From IMG/VR virus record IMGVR_UViG_3300033121_000983, positions 1 through 64,000 of that record: 64,000 nucleotides of DNA; one strand, given 5' to 3'. Positions 29,341-39,371 of the stretch are shown in pieces. The translations under genes and the position numbers were made by a program. The DNA comes from a virus (taxonomy: Duplodnaviria; Caudoviricetes). The notes under the pieces were generated by a model. The model searched no databases. It saw only the letters and a list, made by a program, of their open reading frames with translations, and had not been told where the DNA came from. Position 1 is the first letter of the stretch. Every line of letters begins with the position of its first letter.

Positions 29341-31499
29341 ACCGTTTCCAGCACCTGGTCGAACACGCGGCGCAGGCGCTCACTGTGTGTTACGACAATA
29401 ATTTGTTGATTGAGCTTTGCGGCACGGCGTCGCAAACGCATCATGACGTCAATCAGACAATCCATACGTCGCGTGTCGAGCCACGCGGTTGGTTCGTCTA
29501 GCACCAGCATGTCGAAGTGCCGCGCGAACAACTCTTTTACCGCCAGTCGATACGCGATCGACAGCGACACAGTCTGTCCGCCCGACAGCGCTTCCGTGGG
29601 GAACGTTTCGCCGTCTTGCATCACGGCGAGCAGGCGCGCAGATTGTGGGTCCGCGGTCACCTCGAACGGCGCATCCAGCGACGCGAGGAGCGGATTGATC
29701 CGCTTCTCGAGCAGCTGCAGTGCCGCAGTATGTACACGCGACGGCAGGCCGTCGCGATGTGCGTAAGTGCGACAAGCTGACAATTTGTCAATACACTGCT
29801 GCAGCTGCACACGGAGTTTACGTGTGCGCGCATCACGAGCGTGCGCGTCTTTTGCTGCGCGGTACACCGCTTTAGCTCCTACGTACGTTTCTCGCACAGC
29901 AGCCGCGGCGCGTCGGCGCGTCTGGGCGAGCTGCGTCAGCTCACGCGCCGCCACCAGTGTAGCCTTGGGCTGCTTCGGCGGTAACGCCTGTTGCCGTTCC
30001 GTTAGCTGCGCTTGCTGCTGCTTGCGTGTCGCCAGGGCTGCGCGCGCGAGCTGTTCAAGCCGCCGGCAGCGCCTGCTCAGATCCACTGCCCGCTGGCGCT
30101 GCTGGTTGTACTGCGTCACAACAGTGTGTGCGTGCGTACGCGCATCGGCAAGTTCTGGCAATTTGCGCTTTTTAGGCGCTCGGCGTTCCAGCGCCTGCAG
30201 TGCCTCGCTATGCGTGGCGAGCGTCGCCTTGGCCGCGTGCTGCGCCGCGTTAAACGCCGACAACGCTTGGTTGTAGGCTTGCTGCCCTTGCAGGTATTTC
30301 TCAATATCACGCAGCTTTTGACGCAGCTCAGTCGCCTTTGTACCGGCGGCTTCGATCGACGCCGCCAGCGTTTTCACCGGCGTACCGCACGTCGTGCAGA
30401 CCGGTTTGCCCGTCAGTGTGAGTAGCGAGTCGGCCTGCGCTAACTCTACAACGGCTTTATCGCGCGCTTTCTGCGCTTGCGCCGTAGTTTCATACGCGGC
30501 GTGCTTTGGCGGCTTAGGTGCAGTCAACTCGTCCAGCTGTCGCTGGGCCAGTTTCATGCGTTTACGCGCTGCGCTGCGTCGTGCAGCGTAGCGTGCTACC
30601 TCGCGACAAGCCTGCAGCGTACGCTGTGCGGCCAGTGCGGTTTCCTTCTGCGTACGCGCGGCCGCGCACGCTTGCTGGAACTCCGCCACGTGCGTGTGGT
30701 ATGTGCCGCGTGCAGCAATCCACGTGGCGTCAGACTCGTCGAGTTTACCCCGGAGCTCTTCGATTGCTTGCCGACCGCGTCGGCGTAGCTCTGCGTCGGC
30801 GAGCTGCGCCAGCGCTTTGGCAAGCTTCGCTTTGTCGGGAATCTCTGCGCGTGCCTGCTGATACGCCGCGCGCGCTTTTTGGTAGGCTTTCCGTGCACCT
30901 GCCATTGCGTTCGCCGTGTCGTCTTGGCCGAGCGCTAGACCCTGCGCAGTTGCAGTCAAGGTAGTCAGACGTTCGCCCAGCGCGCGGTACACCAACTCCG
31001 CCCTATCAGTTCCGCACAGTCGGCCGAGTGCTTTAATACGCTCGGCCGACGTCTGCGCGATTAGATCGTTGAGAGCCCGCTGGCGAACCAGCACGTACTC
31101 GTCAATCACAGCTGCGTCGAGTTTGTAAACCGACTGCAGCGTTTCGTAGACCTGCGTGGCTCCGACAATTTGCTTGCTGTCGGGCAGCGTCAGCGTGATC
31201 TCGCTAGCGACTTCGTCTTTGCGTCCGCGTGTCAAAGCGACACGCAAAATGATTGGCTGACCCGCGCACTCAATGGTCAGTTCAATGTGGCCGTCGCGAG
31301 TACCGCGCTTCAGTAGACCGTTCTTGCCTTCCGGATGTCGATCGTAGCGCCCCGTCAGTGCGACGTACGGGGCAGTAAGCGTAGCGTTGCTCTTACCGCT
31401 GCCGACCGGACCGTAGACGCCGATCAGGCCACTGCGGAAGTCCCATTCCAGTGACGACAGCTGGCAGATGTTGCGCAGCGATTGGTGGATAAAACGCAT
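29337..31499 (-). CDS. sbcC: SbcC/Rad50-like ATPase
   Basis: 'GPVGSGKS', coiled coils, Zn hook 'CTTCG', 'LSGGQ', 'LDEP', 'VTH'. Confidence 0.93.
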   Translation of the reverse strand: MRFIHQSLRNICQLSSLEWDFRSGLIGVYGPVGSGKSNATLTAPYVALTGRYDRHPEGKNGLLKRGTRDGHIELTIECAGQPIILRVALTRGRKDEVASEITLTLPDSKQIVGATQVYETLQSVYKLDAAVIDEYVLVRQRALNDLIAQTSAERIKALGRLCGTDRAELVYRALGERLTTLTATAQGLALGQDDTANAMAGARKAYQKARAAYQQARAEIPDKAKLAKALAQLADAELRRRGRQAIEELRGKLDESDATWIAARGTYHTHVAEFQQACAAARTQKETALAAQRTLQACREVARYAARRSAARKRMKLAQRQLDELTAPKPPKHAAYETTAQAQKARDKAVVELAQADSLLTLTGKPVCTTCGTPVKTLAASIEAAGTKATELRQKLRDIEKYLQGQQAYNQALSAFNAAQHAAKATLATHSEALQALERRAPKKRKLPELADARTHAHTVVTQYNQQRQRAVDLSRRCRRLEQLARAALATRKQQQAQLTERQQALPPKQPKATLVAARELTQLAQTRRRAAAAVRETYVGAKAVYRAAKDAHARDARTRKLRVQLQQCIDKLSACRTYAHRDGLPSRVHTAALQLLEKRINPLLASLDAPFEVTADPQSARLLAVMQDGETFPTEALSGGQTVSLSIAYRLAVKELFARHFDMLVLDEPTAWLDTRRMDCLIDVMMRLRRRAAKLNQQIIVVTHSERLRRVFDQVLETV

Positions 31500-31510
31500 G
31501 TTACCTTTCG

Positions 31511-32716
31511 TTATTCAGTTGCCAGCGCGGTGAGCGCCTGCAATTCTTTAGCGGGGTTAGGGGACTGCCACAGACGTAGCAGCAACTCGCGCTGCTCGCT
31601 GTCTGTGACATACTGTCGAATCGCGGCCGGCATACCGCCGGAAACAACGTCCAAGCAGGTGGCGTCGTCAATCACCGCGGCTTCTGTGGTCTCGCCGTCA
31701 ACGTAGCTTTCGCGCCACAGCCGAAACACTTCGGCGCGTGAATCGACAGCGCGCAAAATTCGGCGCCAGTTCGGCGCTTGGCGTCGATCGACTTCTACCG
31801 CAATCAGCGGGTAGTCTGCGATCTCTGCCGGCGCGACGCCTTGCAGCTTTTCAATGGCTGCGGCAATGTCAGCGCCAACGCAGCCGACAACGCGTTCAAC
31901 GTCATCTTCGTCGTACACCGTATAGCGCAGCGTAACGCGCTGTCGCAGCATGCACGCTTTGACGCGCAGAGTACCGTCGGTCAGACGTTCGAGCAGATAC
32001 ACGGATTTCTCGTCCGCTTCGTCGATCGACTGCTTGCACGGGCTACCGGGGCTGACGACCGACAGCGTCTGTCCGCTGGCGCCGGTACACGACAGCAGCT
32101 TGGTTTTATGAATGTCGCCGATCAACAGCATCGGCACGTGCGGCACCTGCGCGGCAGTCAGCTCACCGACGTACAAACCGCCGGTCAGCTCTTCGAGCGT
32201 TTGATGCATCACCAGCACACTAGCTGCTGAGCTGACGCGCGTCAGCGCGGTCTGGAGTTCGTCCGCAGCTTGCCAGTCGAAGCCTTGGAAGTTGACGCCG
32301 TTGATATTCGTAACGTCGTACGCAGGCAGGTGCTTGATTGTGGGCAGCGTAGGTAGCAGCACAGAGAGCCATGGCTTGTCGAGTCGGTCGTGGTCACCCT
32401 GGACGTAATAGAAATCCACGTCGGAGCCCAGTTCCGCAAACAGCTCCTGCAGATCGGACGGCGTGCTGGTGTCGTGACGCTTCGCGTCCAGCACGTCGCC
32501 CGCTGCAATGATTGGCACGTCATACTGGCGGGCCAGCGCGACGATCTGGCGAAACGCCCAGTAGGCATCGCCTTGAACGCGCCGACGATCCGCCCAGGCC
32601 CGGGGCTGCAGATGCAGGTCAGCGGTCAGCAGCGCGACGGGCGTGCCGGCTGGTTGACGGTTGGCGTGTTTAGTAGCAGCAGTCTTCTTCGTCGTCGAAG
32701 TCTTGGTCTTTGGCAT
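31511..32716 (-). CDS. sbcD: SbcD/Mre11-like nuclease
   Basis: 'ADLH', 'AGD', 'GDHD', 'MHQ', 'GDIH', 'PGS'. Confidence 0.92.
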   Translation of the reverse strand: MPKTKTSTTKKTAATKHANRQPAGTPVALLTADLHLQPRAWADRRRVQGDAYWAFRQIVALARQYDVPIIAAGDVLDAKRHDTSTPSDLQELFAELGSDVDFYYVQGDHDRLDKPWLSVLLPTLPTIKHLPAYDVTNINGVNFQGFDWQAADELQTALTRVSSAASVLVMHQTLEELTGGLYVGELTAAQVPHVPMLLIGDIHKTKLLSCTGASGQTLSVVSPGSPCKQSIDEADEKSVYLLERLTDGTLRVKACMLRQRVTLRYTVYDEDDVERVVGCVGADIAAAIEKLQGVAPAEIADYPLIAVEVDRRQAPNWRRILRAVDSRAEVFRLWRESYVDGETTEAAVIDDATCLDVVSGGMPAAIRQYVTDSEQRELLLRLWQSPNPAKELQALTALATE

Positions 32717-33929
32717 ACTGGCGGACTTTCTGTCGATAGGCTTTGTGGATCTGGTCGATTTTGCCGCGGGAGGTGTAGAGCTCGAATCCGTACCGAGTCC
32801 CATGCGGCCACAGCGTGTAGGCGTCGAGTAATTGGCGCACCCGGGCCGTATCGGCGAGCAGTAGCGCGGCGGGGTAATTGAAGTTCCGGGCGAGTTGGGT
32901 GGTCAGATGCTTCAGCGTCGGCGTCTGCGAGTAGGATTGGTTGCACACGTCGTAGCAGTCATCCGGGTACCCAAACTGGGGCATCGATTCATGACACACC
33001 AGCACAGCCCGCCGCTGCAGTAACCACGGCTTGTTGACCCGTACGGGCGGTTCGATGTAGTGCAGCTGCACCATTGCGATCACCTTGGCCCGCGAACTGG
33101 GTGTTTCACGATAGAGTTGTGCCTTACGTGACTGCAGATCCGCGAGCATCTCGAAGGGGTGGGTGTCGTAAGGGTACGACCACGTCTGGCGGACACAGAC
33201 GAGGCGACAGTCTTTACGCGGCACAAATTTCTTGCGAATTTCAATGCTGCCCGGCTGCGCCAGCACAGCGCGGAGACGAAAGAACGGTTCGACCACGTAG
33301 GCCTGCGTCCAGCAGAAAGGGCACATACGCCGCAGGCCACAGTGCGCAAAGCTTTGGGTGCGGACGCCCGTGACGGGATGTTCCAGATAAGGTGAGTAGG
33401 TTCCGCTTGGGGGGCAGTACAGTGCCTGAGCGTACTGCTCAACAGTCCGAAGCATCATGCAGCTGGCTTCGCGTAACTTACGCAGTCGCGCGACATACAG
33501 CTTCGCCAAGCAGCAGAGCCGTTCCCAGTGCACGTTATTGCGCAGCTGCAGCGGGTCACCAGGCTCCATCGAAGTGGCTGGCAGTGTCATCGCGAAGGCG
33601 ATATGTCGCAGCCGCTCGAGGCCAGCACAACGCGCTCGCATGCGATATTGGATGGGCGGACGAATCAGCTTACCGTGCTGATCAAAACCCCTGCGCTTAT
33701 CAGTGCCGATGACATCTGGATCGCAGTACGCTCGACACAGAAGCGGCGGGTGCTTTTTCAGTCGCACAGTGTCACGCTTGGCGATTTTACGAACAGGAAA
33801 GCGCGAAACCGTAATCGTTTGGCGTTCAGCCTGTCGCTCAGCCAACTGCCGGCGTAGATTTTTGCGCAGAAACACGTTGTCGTACTGCGACGCAATACCA
33901 GCAGACAAACGAGAGGCAGTGAATAACAT
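32670..33929 (-). CDS. Hypothetical protein, possibly an inactivated HUH Rep-like protein
   Basis: GGAG RBS; 'CGLRRMCPFCW' Zn motif followed by Rep-like motif order without HUH. Confidence 0.55.
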   Translation of the reverse strand: MLFTASRLSAGIASQYDNVFLRKNLRRQLAERQAERQTITVSRFPVRKIAKRDTVRLKKHPPLLCRAYCDPDVIGTDKRRGFDQHGKLIRPPIQYRMRARCAGLERLRHIAFAMTLPATSMEPGDPLQLRNNVHWERLCCLAKLYVARLRKLREASCMMLRTVEQYAQALYCPPSGTYSPYLEHPVTGVRTQSFAHCGLRRMCPFCWTQAYVVEPFFRLRAVLAQPGSIEIRKKFVPRKDCRLVCVRQTWSYPYDTHPFEMLADLQSRKAQLYRETPSSRAKVIAMVQLHYIEPPVRVNKPWLLQRRAVLVCHESMPQFGYPDDCYDVCNQSYSQTPTLKHLTTQLARNFNYPAALLLADTARVRQLLDAYTLWPHGTRYGFELYTSRGKIDQIHKAYRQKVRQYAKDQDFDDEEDCCY

Positions 33930-34012
33930 TTGGATCTCCACGTCAGACGGTTCTGGATTTGAAGAATGAATTTCAGTCTGCGGCGACGCAGTCGCCGCAG
34001 GGTTACGAAAAC

Positions 34013-34046
34013 AAGGCCGGACGCGACAAGCGTCCGGCCTTTTTTT
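34013..34046. terminator. Probably bidirectional intrinsic terminator
   Basis: Stem AAGGCCGGACGC/GCGTCCGGCCTT, with a T-run on + and an A-rich left flank. Confidence 0.75.
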
Positions 34047-34106
34047 CGTGCGTATTGATGTATAATTCCTTCCTGGTAAGGAAGGTCTAGTGCCAGAATT
34101 GCAAAA

Positions 34107-34130
34107 GTTTCCTTTAACGTTAAACGAAAC
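34107..34130. promoter_or_regulatory. 24-bp near-perfect palindromic operator (full copy)
   Basis: GTTTCCTTTAAC|GTTAAACGAAAC, one mismatched pair. Confidence 0.65.
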
Positions 34131-34191
34131 GTGGTGCTGTTTCGCGACTGCTGGTCGCCGCGCACGTCTGCGTGCGCGTAGTTTTTGCGAC

Positions 34192-34788
34192 TTATTCTGG
34201 GTGGAATTTCGTGCAATTCTGGAGCGTAAGATTGCGCTGTTTTTTCGGTTTCAGAACCGTGTTGAGCGCGGTTTGCACTTCATTTTCGTCGTCAAGCGCC
34301 TTGCGCTGTGCGTTTGCCATCTCGTGACTGAGCTTGTTTAGTCGAATTTCGTCACGGCCCCACCAGTGCCAGCGCGTAAATATACCGAGGTGTTCTGCCG
34401 TGACGAACGGTGCCCACAGCACAGGCTGACCGCGACGCAGCGCTGGGTTGTTCCCGGCATCTGCGACGTGCTGGCAGTCCGTAATAATGTGCAGCCGTAA
34501 CGCCTGACTTGCGCCACCAGCTTTACGCCGGTGCTGTCGGCAGATATCCAGCAGCGGGTGCACGTAGGCCATCGTTTCCGCCACGATGTTAGAGCCGCCA
34601 AAATTCATGCGCCCGCCGTACCACTGGCGACGGTTGTGGCGATCAATCAGTACGCTGGCCCAGCCACATGCGCGTTCGCGGGTGGTGCCGCTGCCGTCGC
34701 CAATCAGCACGAAATCCCAGCGCACAATTTTCAGTTTGTCGAGCACGCGCTGCAGCGCGTTGTTACGGTAGTCTTTCTTTTCAGTCAC
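34192..34788 (-). CDS. RNase HI-like protein
   Basis: 'IGDGSG', 'GWA', 'AETMA', 'ITDC'; GTG start after AGGA. Confidence 0.8.
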   Translation of the reverse strand: MTEKKDYRNNALQRVLDKLKIVRWDFVLIGDGSGTTRERACGWASVLIDRHNRRQWYGGRMNFGGSNIVAETMAYVHPLLDICRQHRRKAGGASQALRLHIITDCQHVADAGNNPALRRGQPVLWAPFVTAEHLGIFTRWHWWGRDEIRLNKLSHEMANAQRKALDDENEVQTALNTVLKPKKQRNLTLQNCTKFHPE

Positions 34789-34807
34789 CTGGTGTCCTAG
34801 TAAAGCA

Positions 34808-34846
34808 AAACAGGCGTGGAGCAGCCTAGCCACTCCACGCCTGTTT
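34808..34846. terminator. Hairpin/terminator
   Basis: 14-bp stem AAACAGGCGTGGAG/CTCCACGCCTGTTT with T-rich flanks on both strands. Confidence 0.65.
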
Positions 34847-34857
34847 GTTTGTCGTGC

Positions 34858-35280
34858 TTACGCCGGTTCGTCGTGCGGCGTGTCGTCCGTAATTACTGAC
34901 CCGTACGTCCGCGGCGTCCGCAGGTACGCGTGCAGCGTATCGTTAATCAGGTTGGCAACTCGGCTGATCGCCAGTCCGTAGACGGGCAACAGCAGCCAAG
35001 GCGTGAATTGACCGGCGTGGTTTACCAGTTCGATGTAGCTAACTGCCGCCAATCCCAGCGGCACGCTGAAGCACCACGGACACATCCGCACTTTGTGCCA
35101 CCACCACTGCAGCTCCGCACTTAAGCGGAATGGTGCTGCCGTCTCCACAGTCGAGTGAGCATCCAGCCATTGCGTGATGCTTTCGCGTTTACGTTCGAAC
35201 AGCTCGCTGTGGTGCCAGACTTCCACTGTCTGATTCACCGCCAGCGCGCAAATTGCCAGATCCGTCAAATCCCAGTGCAC
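34858..35280 (-). CDS. DUF1360-like membrane protein
   Basis: 'CPWCFSV' plus hydrophobic helices. Confidence 0.65.
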   Translation of the reverse strand: MHWDLTDLAICALAVNQTVEVWHHSELFERKRESITQWLDAHSTVETAAPFRLSAELQWWWHKVRMCPWCFSVPLGLAAVSYIELVNHAGQFTPWLLLPVYGLAISRVANLINDTLHAYLRTPRTYGSVITDDTPHDEPA

Positions 35281-35287
35281 AGTTCAC

Positions 35288-35584
35288 CTAATCATGTGTC
35301 ATGAAGTCGAGTACGACCAGCGCGAGCAGCACGAGACCTGCTGACCAGGAGATGCAAGTAAGAATTGCCAGCATCGGGCCGAACAGTTCCAGTGCGCAGC
35401 GATTCAGCGTTCGCGTCAGCGCGTAGATCGCTGCCAGGCACGTAACAACGCGATTGCGCAGCACGTGCCCGCTAGTGCGCTGAGTCGGTATGTAGATACG
35501 ATTGCGGCTGTCGCGCAGCCGAGGCAGGCTGCATAGAAAATCAGCGTCGTGATCGTAGTCTTTGTGTGTTTCATCGTACGGCAT
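35288..35584 (-). CDS. Small membrane protein
   Basis: GAGG RBS; C-terminal hydrophobic segment. Confidence 0.55.
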   Translation of the reverse strand: MPYDETHKDYDHDADFLCSLPRLRDSRNRIYIPTQRTSGHVLRNRVVTCLAAIYALTRTLNRCALELFGPMLAILTCISWSAGLVLLALVVLDFMTHD

Positions 35585-35944
35585 AAGTACCTCGCAGCCG
35601 TCGGCTGCCTGTGGCTACCCGCGACTAACGTCGCGCCGCTTATCCGACGGCGCCGCCATACGGCCAGGCCCGCGTCACTCCTGTGAGTTGGTCTGGTTCT
35701 GGCGGCAGTTGATTGTTGATCTGAGGGTAAGGCCGCTGTGACGGAATTGAATGCACTCGCAACACGTTCGGTTGGATCACTGGCCAGACGCGTCGATGCG
35801 TCTGTATGATACTGTGCCGTTCGAGAAACGGGCGCGCTCCGTGACAACTAACGAAATCCGTGTTAGTCGCCACGTCCGGTCGCGCACAGCAGCTAGACAT
35901 TACGTAACCTCGTAGACACCGCGATCGCGCTGGAAACCGTCAAC

Positions 35945-38900
35945 ATGTTGTACATGCGAAAGCCGTCGCGCGCCGAACAGCGCCGACTCCACCAGCTTAC
36001 CGATCCTGGGCGTCGCCGAGAAGACGCGATTGCTGCAGCGCAGGCGCGACGCCAGCCTGCCGATATTGCGGCGCGTATCATCACGGAACACTTGAGCGCT
36101 GAACTGTCGTTAGAAACACAGGCACAGACAGCCATTGATCAGCTGCGCCACGCGCTTTCTGGTACACAGCGGACAGCGCCCGGTAGCCTTGTGAGCTTCT
36201 TGCCCGGTATCTTTCGGCTTAACGGGCAGCCCTATACACTTGACCGGCATTTTGTGTTTGAGCCGTTGTTCGAAACGCGGATGCCGTTGAGCATCACCGT
36301 TAAGAGCGGCCGCCAGGTCGGGAAATGTGTCCGCGTCTCCAGCGAACCAACAGTCTGGATGGCGGACGGTCGGCTCATCGGCACTGCCGATGTGCAGGCG
36401 GGCGACGCGCTACTCAGTTACGACGCGCACTTTCGGCCGGTTAAGGGCCGCGTGGTCAACATCTTCAATAGCGGCGTGAAACGCTGCTACCGCGTCACCA
36501 CGCGCTTGGGCGCCGAGCTGGAGATCACGAAACAGCACCGCATCCGGACGCTCTCTGGCTACAAGCGACTAGAGCAGCTACAGGTCGGCGATCGCATCTG
36601 TGCCGCCCGGCGTTCGGGTATTTTCGGCGCGCAGCGCGTGCCGGAAGCGCGCGTCGTGCTGACTGCATTACTGCTTGGAGATGGCAACTGCGGTACAGCG
36701 CGAACGTGTACGCTAACCAGTGAGACGGATGCCGTTATCACGGCAGCTCAGCAATGGCCTACGTTGGCGCCGGTCTGTATGGTTCGGCCGCGCGGCGGTG
36801 CAACGCGGGAAATTATCTTCTCGCGCGATGCGTGTTATCCGCTACGACAGTGGTTAAATGAGGATGGTCTGTGGGGTAAGTACTCCTATGAAAAGACAAT
36901 CCCAGCCTGGGTCTTCCGGTTGTCTCGCGTGCAGACGCGGCAGTTCATCTCATGGCTGTTCGCCACCGACGGCTCGCTCAAGGCGCCGCGTACGGTAGAG
37001 TATTACTCCACCAGCCGCACGCTAGCCCGACAGGTCCGCAGTCTGCTGGCGAAGTTCGGCATCCCTGCGAGTATCACGCCAAAGGCCGCTGGTTATCGCA
37101 CCGCAGACGGAACATACAAACGCTGCCGCGACACCTGGACTGTCCGCGTAGAGACGCGCAGCGGTCTGATGGCGTTCTTCGAGAACTTTGACGTGCCCGG
37201 TCGCCCGGCGTTTTCTTTGCGCGACGTCGTCGAAAACAATAATCGCGACACGCTCCCGCAGGCAGAAACTCAAGCGTTGATTGACCAGCTGGCCGTTGGG
37301 TTGCGCGGTAAGCACCGCACGTCATTTGCTACAAGCGGTCTGCGCCAGACGCTCAAGTACCCGCCACAGCGCGCGAAGGTGCGTGCATACTGCGGGCACT
37401 TCCGTAAACACGAAGCACCGACCCAGTTTATTGAGTCGCTAGAGACCGCGTGTTCTGAAGACGTCATCTGGGACGAGATTGTCAGCATCGTCGACATCGG
37501 CAAACACGAGACTGTCGACTTTGAAGTGGACGATGAACACAATTTCGTGCTCGACGGTATCGACGTTCACAACAGTCAGACGCAAGCCGCGCGTCTGATT
37601 GCCATGTGCGCGACGTTTGCAAACTTTCGCGTGCTTGTTGTCATGCCGCTGTTCGAATTGGTGCGTAAGTTCAGCTCCAATTACGTACGGCCGATGATCA
37701 CCACGTCGCCGTTGGCTTCACTGTGGCAGGATCCTACGAACGCAGGTAACGTCCTGCAGCGTAACTTCCGTCACAACGATTCTACGATTTTCTTCTCCTT
37801 CGCTTCGACGAGTGCGGATCGTACCCGCGGTGTGCCGGCAACTTGTCTGGCGATCGACGAGTTGCAGGATATCGACATTTCGTTCATCCCCATCATGCGC
37901 GAAACGATGTCGGGCTCTCCGTACCCGAACATCGAAATCAAGACTGGTACTCCCAAGACCTACGACAACACCATGCAGGTCGAATGGGAAGATACATCGG
38001 CCGCTGAATACATGGTGCGTTGCCGCGCGTGCAACAAGGAAAACTATCCGCGGGCTGACCTAGACCTCGAGGCCATGATGGGCCCCAGGATTGTCACGCG
38101 TCCGATTACTCCGCGCGAACCAGGAATTGTGTGCGCTAAGTGCGGCCGACCTATCAACCCACGCGCTGACGGACGTTGGATCCACACCAACCCCGAGCAA
38201 CGTGGACTGAACGACGGCCTGCATATTCCGCAGATCGTGGTTCCGCAGCACTACGAAAACGATACACGCTGGCGGTTGCTACAGGCGAAGCGTCGCGGCG
38301 AAATGAACACGCCGGCTTACGCGTTCTTTAACGAAGTTCTGGGTGAGAGCTACGACACCGGCTCGAAGCTGGTGACGATTGAGGATCTTCGTCGAATCGC
38401 CATCCTGCATGAAAACAAGTTGGCGACTGCGTTGACGCTCGACCCATCACGCTACATTCGCCGTGTGCTTGGAGTGGACTGGGGTGGCGGCGGTGAGGAC
38501 ATGATCAGCTATACCACCGTGGCTGTCGTCGGTATGCGCCCAGACGGCGTGCTGGAAGTTATTTACGGCTGGCGCTGTCCGAACATTCATGATCACAACT
38601 TGGAAGTGCGCACAATCCTGCGCCTGTTCTCGCTGTTCAAGTGCCACTTTATCGCACACGACTTCAACGGCATCGGTGACCTACAGGAAACGATGATGCA
38701 CAACGCAGGGTTCCCTGCAGAGCTCATTCATCCTGTGAGCTACATCGCACACGCAAACGGCGCAATGATGATCGAGGTCCCCGCTAACGAAGATACGCAC
38801 CAGCGCTGGCATTTCCGGCTCGTGAAATCGCGCAGCCTGACATTCCTGGCGCGCTTGATTCGTCAGCAGCGCGTGCTGACGTTCCAGTACGACTACAAGC

Positions 38901-39187
38901 ACCAAGGGGACCGCGGCTTGCTGCGCGACTTTACCACGCTGGTCCAGGACTTTCTGGATAGCCGCGCGGGACGCAATATCTACAACGTGCTGCACAATAA
39001 GAAGCTGGGGCCTGACGACTTTGCGCATGCCGTGAACTACGCGGCGTGTACGTTGTTTCATGATCGCGGCGTCTGGCCATCATTGCTGGAAACGACGTCA
39101 GAAGACGCGGAGTTCGAGATCGCTAACGTGCCATCATTGTCCAGCATCATGTCGAGCCCGTTCGACACGCGTGCTGAAATTTTCTAG
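35945..39187 (+). CDS. terL: Terminase large subunit (GpA-like) with intein
   Basis: Walker A 'KSGRQVGK|S', 'DRTRGV', 'IDELQD', 'GTPKT', two CxxC, nuclease 'GVDWGG', 'PDDFAHA'. Confidence 0.92.
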   Translation: MLYMRKPSRAEQRRLHQLTDPGRRREDAIAAAQARRQPADIAARIITEHLSAELSLETQAQTAIDQLRHALSGTQRTAPGSLVSFLPGIFRLNGQPYTLDRHFVFEPLFETRMPLSITVKSGRQVGKCVRVSSEPTVWMADGRLIGTADVQAGDALLSYDAHFRPVKGRVVNIFNSGVKRCYRVTTRLGAELEITKQHRIRTLSGYKRLEQLQVGDRICAARRSGIFGAQRVPEARVVLTALLLGDGNCGTARTCTLTSETDAVITAAQQWPTLAPVCMVRPRGGATREIIFSRDACYPLRQWLNEDGLWGKYSYEKTIPAWVFRLSRVQTRQFISWLFATDGSLKAPRTVEYYSTSRTLARQVRSLLAKFGIPASITPKAAGYRTADGTYKRCRDTWTVRVETRSGLMAFFENFDVPGRPAFSLRDVVENNNRDTLPQAETQALIDQLAVGLRGKHRTSFATSGLRQTLKYPPQRAKVRAYCGHFRKHEAPTQFIESLETACSEDVIWDEIVSIVDIGKHETVDFEVDDEHNFVLDGIDVHNSQTQAARLIAMCATFANFRVLVVMPLFELVRKFSSNYVRPMITTSPLASLWQDPTNAGNVLQRNFRHNDSTIFFSFASTSADRTRGVPATCLAIDELQDIDISFIPIMRETMSGSPYPNIEIKTGTPKTYDNTMQVEWEDTSAAEYMVRCRACNKENYPRADLDLEAMMGPRIVTRPITPREPGIVCAKCGRPINPRADGRWIHTNPEQRGLNDGLHIPQIVVPQHYENDTRWRLLQAKRRGEMNTPAYAFFNEVLGESYDTGSKLVTIEDLRRIAILHENKLATALTLDPSRYIRRVLGVDWGGGGEDMISYTTVAVVGMRPDGVLEVIYGWRCPNIHDHNLEVRTILRLFSLFKCHFIAHDFNGIGDLQETMMHNAGFPAELIHPVSYIAHANGAMMIEVPANEDTHQRWHFRLVKSRSLTFLARLIRQQRVLTFQYDYKHQGDRGLLRDFTTLVQDFLDSRAGRNIYNVLHNKKLGPDDFAHAVNYAACTLFHDRGVWPSLLETTSEDAEFEIANVPSLSSIMSSPFDTRAEIF
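36326..37573 (+). mobile_element. 416-aa intein with LAGLIDADG homing endonuclease
   Basis: Begins with Cys after GK; 'EITKQH' block B; 'LLLGDG' and 'LFATDG'; ends 'HNFVLDGIDVHN' followed by Ser+1. Confidence 0.95.
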
Positions 39188-39205
39188 TTTTACTGGGCAC
39201 GTTGC

Positions 39206-39234
39206 TTGTCGGTACTGTGCGGACCGTTTATGAT
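39206..39234 (+). promoter_or_regulatory. Sigma70-like promoter
   Basis: TTGTCG-N17-TATGAT. Confidence 0.55.
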
Positions 39235-39240
39235 ATGCGC

Positions 39241-39371
39241 AACGCCGGACACCTTATTCAGGTGCTCACGTCGTCGCCGTTCTGGGTCTCGCCAACCCTA
39301 CCCCGTCCGCAGTCACTGTGCCGACTGTGTACAAAGAAGCCTGCACCTCTCACTGTGTGCAGGCTTTTTTT
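39241..39371 (+). ncRNA. Candidate ~130-nt sRNA
   Basis: Bounded by a promoter and a terminator between convergent genes; three small hairpins. Confidence 0.4.
39337..39371 (+). terminator. Intrinsic terminator
   Basis: Stem AAGCCTGCAC/GTGCAGGCTT plus T-run. Confidence 0.8.

Noticed and set aside
34056-34066. Perfect TATAAT on the + strand
   Set aside because: No -35 or extended -10 element, and it points antisense to the flanking genes; unsupported.
35640-35900. 86-aa ORF upstream of terL as the small terminase
   Set aside because: Opposite strand to terL, no recognisable motifs; may be a non-coding divergent promoter region.
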